In this document: positions 35,324-43,863 of the stretch, in pieces
Numbering within the stretch: position 1 is the first letter of the stretch
How the letters are laid out: the number at the start of each line of letters is the position of its first letter
Assembly: GCA_903942465.1 (NCBI GenBank)
Contig: CAJAPA010000012.1
Coordinates: 4,636-68,635, forward strand
Length of the DNA stretch: 64,000 nucleotides
Direction of reading: 5' to 3'
DNA from: an uncultured Gammaproteobacteria bacterium
Lineage (GTDB): Bacteria > Pseudomonadota > Gammaproteobacteria > Xanthomonadales > Xanthomonadaceae
Translations under genes and position numbers: made by a program
Notes under the pieces: generated by a model
Databases searched by the model: none
What the model was told of the DNA's origin: nothing
The model's input: the letters and a program-made list of their open reading frames with translations, nothing else

Positions 35324-36340
35324 TCAGCCTCCGATGAAGAACATTTCGATTTTTTTACGGGCATCGGCGGCATGGCGTATTTCACTGTAACGGTCGCTGC
35401 GGTGCCGCCACAAGGCACTGATTTCGGCCGACAGCCTTTCCGATGAACGCAGATGGGGCTTCAGATCGAAGCCGGCACTGGCGAACAGACAGGTGAATAA
35501 TTTCCCATCGACCGAAAGCCGTGCCCGGTTGCAGTCACCGCAGAAGGGCGAACTGACCGAGGTGATGAATCCGACCTCGCCGCCGCCGGCAACCCCATAG
35601 CGCGCGGCGACTTCACCCGGTGCGGTCGGTGCCAAAGGCATCAGTTCATGGGCGGACTGCAGGCGGGCCAGAATCGCCGCCGCCGGAACTACATCGGCGC
35701 TGCGCCAACCGTTGCAGCTGCCGACATCCATGTATTCGATGAAACGCAGGATGTGGCCGCGGTTCCGGAAGAATTCGAACAAGGGCAGGATCTGACATTC
35801 ATTCAGGCCGCGCTGCACCACACAGTTGATCTTGATCGGCGAAAAACCGGCACGTTCGGCAGCAGCGATTCCTTCCAGAACCTGGGACAGATCGCCACGC
35901 CCGCCACTCATTCGACGGAACAGATCGTCCTCCAGCGCATCGACACTGACCGTGATGCGATCCAAACCAGCCTCGCGCAACGACGCCGCCTGCGCCGCCA
36001 ATAGCGAGCCGTTGGTGGTCAGCGCAAGATCTTCGAGCCCATCGATCCGCTTCAGCAATGAAACCAGCTCCGGCAGATTGCGGCGTAGCAGCGGCTCGCC
36101 GCCGGTCAGGCGGATTTTACGTACCCCTTGGGCAACGAACGCTTTCGCGATCTGCGCGATTTCGGTGAAATCCAGTCGCTGCTTGGCACCGAGAGCGACC
36201 TCATCCACGGAGCCTTCCGGCATGCAGTACGGGCAGCGGTAATTGCAGGTTTCCATCACCGAAATGCGTAAATCCCGCAAGGGCCGTCCGAGCGCGTCGG
36301 CTAGGGGAGCCGCAGGGATGGCCTGCAATTGCGGCTTCAT
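35324..36340 (-). CDS. moaA: GTP 3',8-cyclase MoaA
   Basis: [19 protein letters not shown]-terminal IGG; start MKPQ at 36340. Confidence 0.96.
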   Translation of the reverse strand: MKPQLQAIPAAPLADALGRPLRDLRISVMETCNYRCPYCMPEGSVDEVALGAKQRLDFTEIAQIAKAFVAQGVRKIRLTGGEPLLRRNLPELVSLLKRIDGLEDLALTTNGSLLAAQAASLREAGLDRITVSVDALEDDLFRRMSGGRGDLSQVLEGIAAAERAGFSPIKINCVVQRGLNECQILPLFEFFRNRGHILRFIEYMDVGSCNGWRSADVVPAAAILARLQSAHELMPLAPTAPGEVAARYGVAGGGEVGFITSVSSPFCGDCNRARLSVDGKLFTCLFASAGFDLKPHLRSSERLSAEISALWRHRSDRYSEIRHAADARKKIEMFFIGG

Positions 36341-37092
36341 GCCAGCGGCCCCGGCTCCGGTGGCGTCAGGTCGAATGCCTGCCCGGGCTCCGCAACACGA
36401 AAGCCCTCCGCTGCCATGAGCGCAGCATCGGCAGATGAGGCGTAGTGATACAACACAAAGAATGGCCACCAGGACGCGGGATAGTCCCGTTGGACATCGG
36501 CCAGACCGGTATGCGAGGGATTGCCGTGCAACCCGCAGTCGTGCGCGATCAGTTCGCCGGCTTGCACGCCATCGGCAAGGCGTTCCGGAATAGGACGGGT
36601 ATCGCCGGTCCAGATGAAACTTCCCGGTAGACGCAGTCCGAAGGCGGAGTCCGGCTGATGGTGGCGCACCGGAAACACCGCGAACTGCAGACCGGCATGC
36701 CAGAAACCGCTGCTGACCGGAATCAACTGGAATGCGTCCCACCAGTTGGCGCCGCCCTCGGCAAGCACGCCCGGATAATCCGCCAACCGGGACTGCATGG
36801 CAGGCACGATCGCCGCCGGCACGAACAATTTGATCTTTCCGCGCAGAGCCTCATCGAAATAAGCGGCAATGAACAGGCGCTCCAGACCACCGATGTGATC
36901 CAGATGTAAGTGGGTGATGAAGATGGCCTGCGGCGCCTGACCGTAGCGCGCCAGATAGGCCGTCAAGGTTTCCTGGCCGCAATCAATCAACAGCTGCGGC
37001 TTACCACCGCTTTCCAACACGGCGCTGGCCGAACCCAAGACGGGAGCGGCCTGCGAATTTCCGACGCCGAGAAAGCGCAGTTGCCAGTTCAT
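36337..37092 (-). CDS. MBL-fold metallohydrolase (RNase Z / cyclic-nucleotide PDE-like)
   Basis: LIDCG, THLHLDHIGG, VRHH, GDT, HDC, LYHY. Confidence 0.88.
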   Translation of the reverse strand: MNWQLRFLGVGNSQAAPVLGSASAVLESGGKPQLLIDCGQETLTAYLARYGQAPQAIFITHLHLDHIGGLERLFIAAYFDEALRGKIKLFVPAAIVPAMQSRLADYPGVLAEGGANWWDAFQLIPVSSGFWHAGLQFAVFPVRHHQPDSAFGLRLPGSFIWTGDTRPIPERLADGVQAGELIAHDCGLHGNPSHTGLADVQRDYPASWWPFFVLYHYASSADAALMAAEGFRVAEPGQAFDLTPPEPGPLA

Positions 37093-37820
37093 GCCAAGCC
37101 CTCATTATGCGCTGCAAGCAGACGCTGAAATCCCTCGTGGCGTTCGGAAGCGGCCACCTGCGGGCACTCTTTATCGATTGATCGCTGCAGGCGCGCCAAC
37201 ACCCTGCCGGTCCAGATTCCAGACCGACCGCGCAGAAGGCCTTTATCCCAATCAATCACATGCAAGCCGTCCGCATTGCAGAGAATATTGTTGGCATTGA
37301 GATCGGCATGCTGGGCGCCGACACGATGAAAACGAGCCAGCAATGCGCCGACCTCCACCCAGGGCGCATTGCCTTCCCGGATGCATGACGCCAAGGATCG
37401 CGCTTCGGGGATGCAACGGGTCAGCAGGGCCGCACGGTAGGTCAATCCGGACCGCAGACAAAAAGCCGCAAGCGGCTCGGGCACCGGCAGGTCAAGTCGT
37501 CGGAGCGCCGCCAGCAAACGGAATTCGGCAAAGCTACGGGCACGCCCGATTCCGGTATAGAAGTAGGATGCATCGGACAGCCTGGCGGCGCGCCCGCCAC
37601 GCCGGTAATGCTTCAGAACTGCAGTGCCCGTCGGTGTCTGCACGAACCAGGCGGCACCACGCCCACCCTGTCCGGAGACCGGCCGCGCCGAGGGATAGGC
37701 ACTTGCGCTAAACTGTCCGGCATCCGGCTCCGGCAGCACCCGGGATGCGTAAATAACGGTGCAGACACCGTCCGCACCAGTGAAGTTGACGCATCCGGTT
37801 TGGCCATCCTTCTCAATCAT
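37089..37820 (-). CDS. kdkA: 3-deoxy-D-manno-octulosonic acid (Kdo) kinase
   Basis: GRGAAWF, LKHYRRGG, HADLNANNIL, IDWDKG. Confidence 0.92.
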   Translation of the reverse strand: MIEKDGQTGCVNFTGADGVCTVIYASRVLPEPDAGQFSASAYPSARPVSGQGGRGAAWFVQTPTGTAVLKHYRRGGRAARLSDASYFYTGIGRARSFAEFRLLAALRRLDLPVPEPLAAFCLRSGLTYRAALLTRCIPEARSLASCIREGNAPWVEVGALLARFHRVGAQHADLNANNILCNADGLHVIDWDKGLLRGRSGIWTGRVLARLQRSIDKECPQVAASERHEGFQRLLAAHNEGLA

Positions 37821-37826
37821 TGCAAG

Positions 37827-37835
37827 AGTGTACCA
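37827..37835 (-). promoter_or_regulatory. Extended -10 element immediately upstream of kdkA
   Basis: TGG-TACACT then 6 nt then ATG on minus strand. Confidence 0.5.
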
Positions 37836-37836
37836 A

Positions 37837-38880
37837 GTGAACCCAGCTGCTGCCGTAAAAACCGTATGCATTTTGCGATTATCGGCGCTCGGCGACGCTA
37901 CGCATGTCCTGCCGCTGATCCGCACCCTTCAGAAGAACCTCCCGGAAACCGGGATCACCTGGATTCTCGGCAAGGGCGAAGCGAAGTTGATGGAAGGTCT
38001 TGACGGCGTCGAGCTGATCGCCTTCGACAAGAAGGCCGGACTGCAGGGTCTGAAAGACCTGACGCAGGCTCTGGACGGCCGGCGCTTCGATGTCCTGCTC
38101 CAGATGCAATTGGCCCTGCGTGCGAATCTGGTGTCTGCGGTGATATCAGCAAAGCGCCGGATCGGCTATGACCGTGAACGGGCCAAGGAAGGCCATGGCC
38201 TGTTCGTCAACGAACGCATCCGGCATGACGGCCACCACGTCCTCGATGTATTCGGATTGTTTGCCGAACCGCTCGGGTTCCGTCAAACCGAGGTGAATTG
38301 GAATATGCCGGTGCCGCCGGAAGCGCATGCCTGGGCCGCCGCGCAATGGCCGGCCGGAAAACCCACACTGCTGATCTCTCCGTGTTCCAGCCATGTGCTG
38401 CGCAACTGGCTGCCCGAGCGTTATGCCGCGGTAGCCATGCATGCCATCGGCATGGGATGGCAGGTGGTTTTATGCGGCGGCAGAAGCGCACTCGAGCGCG
38501 ACATGGGTGATGCCATCATCGCCGCCATGCCAGAAAAACCCATCGATCTGATCGGCAAAGATACGCTGAAGCAGTTGTTGGCGCTGCTGGCCCGCGCCGA
38601 TCTGGTGATGACCCCGGACTCCGGGCCGGCGCACATGGCCAATGCCATGGGCAGCAAGGTACTGGGGCTTTACGCCTGCACCGACGGCACACGGTCCGGG
38701 CCCTATTCGGACTTGCGCTACACGGTCAACCGTTATCCGGAAGCGGCCATCCGCTTTATGGACAAACCTGCCGCAGGACTGCCCTGGGGCAAACGTGTCG
38801 AATTTCCGGGCGTGATGGACTTGATCGAGGTGGCCGATGTCATCGCCCGCTTCGAACGCTATTGCGCCGATCAGGGTTAA
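37837..38880 (+). CDS. Glycosyltransferase family 9 (LPS heptosyltransferase-like / OpsX-like)
   Basis: LRLSALGD, DSGPAHMANA; divergent from kdkA; start uncertain (GTG 37828 or 37837). Confidence 0.9.
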   Translation: MNPAAAVKTVCILRLSALGDATHVLPLIRTLQKNLPETGITWILGKGEAKLMEGLDGVELIAFDKKAGLQGLKDLTQALDGRRFDVLLQMQLALRANLVSAVISAKRRIGYDRERAKEGHGLFVNERIRHDGHHVLDVFGLFAEPLGFRQTEVNWNMPVPPEAHAWAAAQWPAGKPTLLISPCSSHVLRNWLPERYAAVAMHAIGMGWQVVLCGGRSALERDMGDAIIAAMPEKPIDLIGKDTLKQLLALLARADLVMTPDSGPAHMANAMGSKVLGLYACTDGTRSGPYSDLRYTVNRYPEAAIRFMDKPAAGLPWGKRVEFPGVMDLIEVADVIARFERYCADQG

Positions 38881-38882
38881 TC

Positions 38883-39281
38883 TCAGGGATTCCGGTAGTC
38901 CTGATAGGACTTCTCTTCGACATAGGCCGAACCCAAAGCCAGATTGATGTCCTTCTTGATCCGCGCGCGCTCGTCATTCTCGAAATAAACCGCACGGGCC
39001 AGGCGGATGAACTCGGCATCGAAACGTTGGGCTTTTTCCAGAATCCGGATGTCGTCCTCGATGACCCAGAGGCGTTCATTCACGGCCTTGAGTTGGCCCA
39101 TCAAATCGCTGATGTCGGTGCCAGAAGCCGGATGAGCAGCCCAGGTCCGTTCCAGCGCGCTCAATTCCTTGCGGACATTGGCGACTTTGACCGCATCGCT
39201 CATGCGTTCGGATTTGATCTGCAGAATAGTCACCTTGTCGAGCAGTTCACCGAAGGAGACGGGGGCAAGGATTTCGGACAT
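38883..39281 (-). CDS. DUF6165-like helical protein
   Basis: PVSFGELLDKVTILQIK...LWVIEDDIR...RAVYFENDERARIK; family name from memory. Confidence 0.75.
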   Translation of the reverse strand: MSEILAPVSFGELLDKVTILQIKSERMSDAVKVANVRKELSALERTWAAHPASGTDISDLMGQLKAVNERLWVIEDDIRILEKAQRFDAEFIRLARAVYFENDERARIKKDINLALGSAYVEEKSYQDYRNP

Positions 39282-39441
39282 GGGGCACTCGTAAGCAATT
39301 GAGGTTATTGGATTATAGTCCATGCCGGGGGTCGTGGCATGCGCTTTGAAAGACCGGGCTCTCCGGAAAAGTGTGAATAGGTTCACAAAATCCGATTTTT
39401 GCCCTACCATGAGTTGAAACAACGGGGCAAGGAATGGGGCA

Positions 39442-39861
39442 ATGTCATTGAAATTGTTTGGTCATTTACTGATTTTTGTGGCATTTAGCGCGATCCTTTC
39501 CGGGTGCTCCAACAGTTCACCGGAAGCCCAGGCCAGCCGGCCGCCAGCGGTCGACGACCCCACTATCGAAGTCAAGCGCACCATCATCATGGCCGGTGCC
39601 AACCAATGCCAATTGAAAATCCAGCGTGGCCGTGACGAACCCGAATTGCTGACACCCAAAGCCTGCAATCCGGTGACGGCTGCCGATGGCCATGTCACCG
39701 AAGTCAGCATCGTCTTTGATGCCCCGTGCAAAACCTATCCGTTCAGGAACATCATCGGCGATTTGTATTTCGTGGACGAAAAAACCATTGCCGGACACAA
39801 CAGCGCCTGCCCGGTCGAATCCTTCAACGCCAGTTATGGCTGGGCTCTGGCAACGCAGTAA
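39442..39861 (+). CDS. Hypothetical lipoprotein
   Basis: Signal peptide with lipobox LSG-C; four further Cys residues. Confidence 0.75.
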   Translation: MSLKLFGHLLIFVAFSAILSGCSNSSPEAQASRPPAVDDPTIEVKRTIIMAGANQCQLKIQRGRDEPELLTPKACNPVTAADGHVTEVSIVFDAPCKTYPFRNIIGDLYFVDEKTIAGHNSACPVESFNASYGWALATQ

Positions 39862-39965
39862 AGTCCCTCACGGCCCTGTCACGAAGAGTTTTCAGTTTGG
39901 ACACACATTGCCTGCGATAGCGGATTAATGTGACATACGTCACATATTTCCGCTGTCACTGGCCC

Positions 39966-41360
39966 ATGAAATCTTCTGGAAACCCGCCCTCGTCCGAAAG
40001 CTTCACCTCCCAGACGGACCAGACCGCCGGTCCCGGCACTCAGGGGACGGCATCTGTCGGTGATGGCGATGATGCCCCGGAAAAAATCACGGTCCTGCTC
40101 AGCAAACACCCTTGCAGCGCCAACCTGTTCGCGGCAGGGGAGATCCGCTGCCTTCGCAGGCTTGGATATGATATTGCGCTATCGGCACTGGAATCGACGT
40201 TGGATGTCGGCGCGGATTTAAACCACGAAATCCGGGCCGAAACCGAGGCGACGTACTACCTGCGGGCACGCGGTCGCCTCCGTGAACTGGCCAACCATTT
40301 GCGTGCAGCGACTAGGCCCCTGTCCTATTTGACCGTGGTCTACTGGGCCATCCGGCTGGACGGGTGGCTGAGCCTGGTCAAGAACCGGCATGTCGCCGAT
40401 GTGCTTACTCTGGATCGCTGGATGCGCCGACATGGCATTCGGCACCTGCATGCCCATTTCGGATCGGAAGCGGGGCGCGTTGCGGTGCTGATGAGGCATT
40501 TCCGTCCGGTCACTGTTTCGTTGACCCTCGGCAATGCGGATGATCTGCATTACGCCGGCATAATCCGCTTGCAGCAAAAAGTCGAGGCCGCGGATTTCAT
40601 CATTTGTGTCGGAATCGCCGCTCGAACCGCGCTCATGCGATTCACACCGCACCGTTACTGGCATAAATACGATGCCTACGCTCCGGGGGTCGACACCTTG
40701 CGTTTTCAGCCGAGACCATCGCGGCTCAAACCCGGAACATTCACGGTCCTTTGCGTCGGCCCGCTGGAACCGCACAACGGTCAGAGGACGCTGTTGGAGG
40801 CCTGCAAAATCCTGAGGGAATCCGGACGTGAAATCCGCCTTGTACTCGTCGGTGCCGGCAGTGATGAGACCGCACTGAAAAGCCAGGCCAAAGCATCCGA
40901 CTTGGAGCAGACCGTGACCTTTACCGGCGCCCTGCATCAGGACCGACTGTGCGACTGGTACAGCCGGGCCGACGCCTTTGTGAATTCCAGTCTGTCTGCG
41001 GATATGTCATTGCCGGCCATGGAGGCCATGGCAAGCGGACTTGCCTGCGTGAGCGCTAGAACGACCGGCATGCTGGAATTGATACGTGAAGGCTCGGACG
41101 GACTTCTGGTCGAGCCCGCCAGCGCCCATGAACTCGCGGGCGCCCTTCTGCGTCTGATGGACGATGAAGACCTGAGAAAGCATCTGGCAGGACATGGACG
41201 TGCACGCATACTGCAGAAATACAGTCTCGCACGGACCTCCGAACGGTTCGGTTTCCTGTTCCAGACCCGCCTGTCGTCCAGACATGGTCGCCGCAGAACA
41301 GCGGTGGCGTCGGATGCGTACAGAATGAAATCGGGGCCGAGTTCGGATCCGGTCGATTGA
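39966..41360 (+). CDS. GT4 glycosyltransferase (WcaL-like) with degenerate donor-binding motifs
   Basis: HLHAHFG, GVDT..F, LVGAG, F.G, MEAMASG...G...EL...DG.LV.P; start uncertain (39930 or 39966). Confidence 0.8.
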   Translation: MKSSGNPPSSESFTSQTDQTAGPGTQGTASVGDGDDAPEKITVLLSKHPCSANLFAAGEIRCLRRLGYDIALSALESTLDVGADLNHEIRAETEATYYLRARGRLRELANHLRAATRPLSYLTVVYWAIRLDGWLSLVKNRHVADVLTLDRWMRRHGIRHLHAHFGSEAGRVAVLMRHFRPVTVSLTLGNADDLHYAGIIRLQQKVEAADFIICVGIAARTALMRFTPHRYWHKYDAYAPGVDTLRFQPRPSRLKPGTFTVLCVGPLEPHNGQRTLLEACKILRESGREIRLVLVGAGSDETALKSQAKASDLEQTVTFTGALHQDRLCDWYSRADAFVNSSLSADMSLPAMEAMASGLACVSARTTGMLELIREGSDGLLVEPASAHELAGALLRLMDDEDLRKHLAGHGRARILQKYSLARTSERFGFLFQTRLSSRHGRRRTAVASDAYRMKSGPSSDPVD

Positions 41361-41374
41361 ATACAACCCGTCAA

Positions 41375-42061
41375 TCACTCGGTGGTTTTATCGACCTTTT
41401 CAATCCGATAGCCCCAGCCGTAAACCGGGAAGATCTGCCAGCCGTGCTTAGGGCCGATATCGAGCTTGCGCCGGATGCGGCTGACATGGGTATCGATGGT
41501 ACGGGTATCGACATCGGCATTCAGGCCCCAAAGCTTTTCCAACAGGGAAACCCGGGACAGCAGGACACCGGGGCTCTGGAACATATGACAGACCAATTCG
41601 AATTCCTTCTGGGTCAGCTCGACCGCTTTCCCATCGACCTCGATGCAGCGCCGGTCGCGGTCGACCCGGTAGTCGCCGAAATTGAGAACCTGTGCCGGCT
41701 TGGATCTCCGGGCAAGCGATTCAATGCGGGCCATCAGCTCGTGGTATTTCGGCGGCTTGACGACATAATCATCGGCGCCGGCCTTGAGTGCGGACACGAT
41801 ATCCAGCTCAGCATCCTTTGCCGTAATGAAAATCACGGGAATATCCCATCCGATGTTTTTCCTTACCCAGGCCAGCACATCGATGCCGTTGCCGTCCGGA
41901 ACCATCCAGTCGATGATGAGGATGTCGTATTTCCTGGTCTCGAGGGCTTCGGTGAATTTCTGCACGGTATCGAAACAGTCGCTGTTGAAGCCGTCCGCAG
42001 TGAACCACAGGCGATACATCTCCTGTTGCGTGATTTCGTCTTCCAATATCCCGATATGCAT
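41375..42061 (-). CDS. OmpR/PhoB family response regulator (orphan)
   Basis: LED, IIDWMVP, ITA, VKP, LTQKEF, TRTIDTHVSRIRRKL, YGWGY; start MHIGIL at 42061. Confidence 0.93.
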   Translation of the reverse strand: MHIGILEDEITQQEMYRLWFTADGFNSDCFDTVQKFTEALETRKYDILIIDWMVPDGNGIDVLAWVRKNIGWDIPVIFITAKDAELDIVSALKAGADDYVVKPPKYHELMARIESLARRSKPAQVLNFGDYRVDRDRRCIEVDGKAVELTQKEFELVCHMFQSPGVLLSRVSLLEKLWGLNADVDTRTIDTHVSRIRRKLDIGPKHGWQIFPVYGWGYRIEKVDKTTE

Positions 42062-42176
42062 GCTTGGTTCGAAACGCGCCTTGTATGGCCCTTCGACCAT
42101 TGTAATGCAAAATCCATGGCCTACAAGCCCTCGGTGCGCGAATGCGGCCGTGCTAGAATCGGATGAAATCCCTGCC

Positions 42177-42941
42177 ATGACCGCCATCGAACCTTCCATG
42201 CTATCCGTACCGGTTCCCCAGGAATTCCGTGGCCGCCGCATTCTGGTCGCGGAGGACAATGCTTTCAACCGAACCATCATCAGCCAATGGCTGGCGATGG
42301 CGGGCATCGAAGTGGTTCTGGCCGGCACCGGCGGAGAAGCCTGTTCCGCACTCGTTGCCGCCGATCCCGATCTGGTATTCATGGATGTCCGGATGCCTGA
42401 CATGGATGGCATCGAAGCGACCCGCCATATTCGCAAGTCCGGTTTCAGCAAGCCAATCGTCGGGCTTTCGGCCGCGACCAGCAATGCCGACCAAACTGCC
42501 TGTCTGGATGCGGGAATGAACGACTTTCTCGCCAAGCCGATAGATGCCGATGAGCTCTGGGGCTGCCTGACCCGCTGGCTGCAGCCGTGCGGAAGACCCG
42601 AAGCCGATGCCAGAACCGTCGACGAGTCCTCCGGAACGGAAGTCGAAACCCGCTTCCTGGGCAATGCCGGCTCGCTGGCACGTGCCCGCGAGGCTTTCAT
42701 CGCCTGCCATCGCGATGACTGCATGCAGTTGCGGAACATGCTTGCCGAAGGAGATTGCACGGGCATGGCCAATCTTGCGCACGCCCTGAAAGGTTCGGCG
42801 GCGACCATCGGTCTGGAGGCCCTCTCCAAGCTGGCATTGGCACTGGAAAAGAAAATCCAGATGCAAGCCGATACGGATGAAGTGCTGCAGCTGATCAACT
42901 GGATCGATAACCAGCTGGCGCATCTGGTGGAATCCCGGTGA
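42177..42941 (+). CDS. Stand-alone receiver + HPt domain protein
   Basis: ILVAEDN, FMDVRMP, LSA, FLAKP, then AHALKGSAATIG HPt motif; no HisKA/HATPase domain. Confidence 0.85.
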   Translation: MTAIEPSMLSVPVPQEFRGRRILVAEDNAFNRTIISQWLAMAGIEVVLAGTGGEACSALVAADPDLVFMDVRMPDMDGIEATRHIRKSGFSKPIVGLSAATSNADQTACLDAGMNDFLAKPIDADELWGCLTRWLQPCGRPEADARTVDESSGTEVETRFLGNAGSLARAREAFIACHRDDCMQLRNMLAEGDCTGMANLAHALKGSAATIGLEALSKLALALEKKIQMQADTDEVLQLINWIDNQLAHLVESR

Positions 42942-42964
42942 CCGGTCCGCTTGCCCCATGAATG

Positions 42965-42989
42965 AAAAACCCCTGCATGCAGGGGTTTT
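42965..42989. terminator. Bidirectional intrinsic terminator
   Basis: AAAAACCCCTGC-AT-GCAGGGGTTTT. Confidence 0.85.
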
Positions 42990-42997
42990 CGGACGGC

Positions 42998-43087
<90 letters not shown>

Positions 43088-43106
43088 GGCGTAATGGTAG
43101 GATGCG

Positions 43107-43136
43107 ATTATAGCGTTTTCAGCCGCTTTTTGGCTA
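43107..43136 (-). promoter_or_regulatory. Promoter of tRNA-Ser(CGA)
   Basis: TAGCCA-N18-TATAAT on minus strand. Confidence 0.55.
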
Positions 43137-43200
43137 CCTGTTTATCCCTAAATGGCCATAACCGTTCATAATGACACGATGACCACCCGCAATTTTCTCC

Positions 43201-43863
43201 ATGCTTGAAATCGGCCAAATCAGCCATGCCGGCAGGAAGCGCCTGCTGAATGAAGACACATACGATCTTGACGCGGGCGCGGGAGTGGTCGTGCTTGTCG
43301 ATGGCATGGGCGGGCCGGATGCCGGTGATGTCGCCGCGGCATTCGTTCGGGATCACTTGCGCAAGGCGCTGCAGCAGGGTGACAGTCCGGCCGATGCGTT
43401 GCGCAATGCCGGCCAGGCGTTGCGGATTCAGCGCCCGCAACAGAGTGCATCTCCAAGCGGCGCAAGCGCCATCGCCGCCCGCTATTCCAATGGCATTCTG
43501 GAGTTGGCCTGGGTCGGCACCTGTACCGCGCTTTTTTCTGACGGCAGACAGTATCGCCGCATCCTGTCCGATGCCGAAAGCAAAGGACTCATGAAGAACG
43601 GTGCGGGAAACGCGATCCAGGCGCTTGGCGTTACTGCAACCGATAAACTCTGCATTTCGGAAGCGCACATCACCCTGAAACGCGGGGAGTCGGTGCTTTT
43701 CTGCACCGATGGAATGCTGGAGGCCTGCTCCGGACCTGAACTGGAAACCAGCCTGTGCGATTCCCGCCTCAGCGCTCAGGAGTCGGTTGAGATTCTGCTG
43801 ATGCATGCCCTGCGGGGCGAGGCCGTCAACAATCTGACCGCCCTGCTCCTGCGCAGGGCCTAG
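43201..43863 (+). CDS. PP2C/PPM family phosphatase-like protein with degenerate motifs
   Basis: NED, DGMGG and CTDGM retained; GDSR replaced by GTCT, DNIT replaced by NNLT. Confidence 0.85.
   Translation: MLEIGQISHAGRKRLLNEDTYDLDAGAGVVVLVDGMGGPDAGDVAAAFVRDHLRKALQQGDSPADALRNAGQALRIQRPQQSASPSGASAIAARYSNGILELAWVGTCTALFSDGRQYRRILSDAESKGLMKNGAGNAIQALGVTATDKLCISEAHITLKRGESVLFCTDGMLEACSGPELETSLCDSRLSAQESVEILLMHALRGEAVNNLTALLLRRA

Noticed and set aside
39282-42997. Integrative element at tRNA-Ser(CGA)
   Set aside because: No integrase, and by eye no duplicate of the tRNA 3' end (TGGCGGAGAGGGAGG) at the far boundary. The block is called accessory only on gene content.
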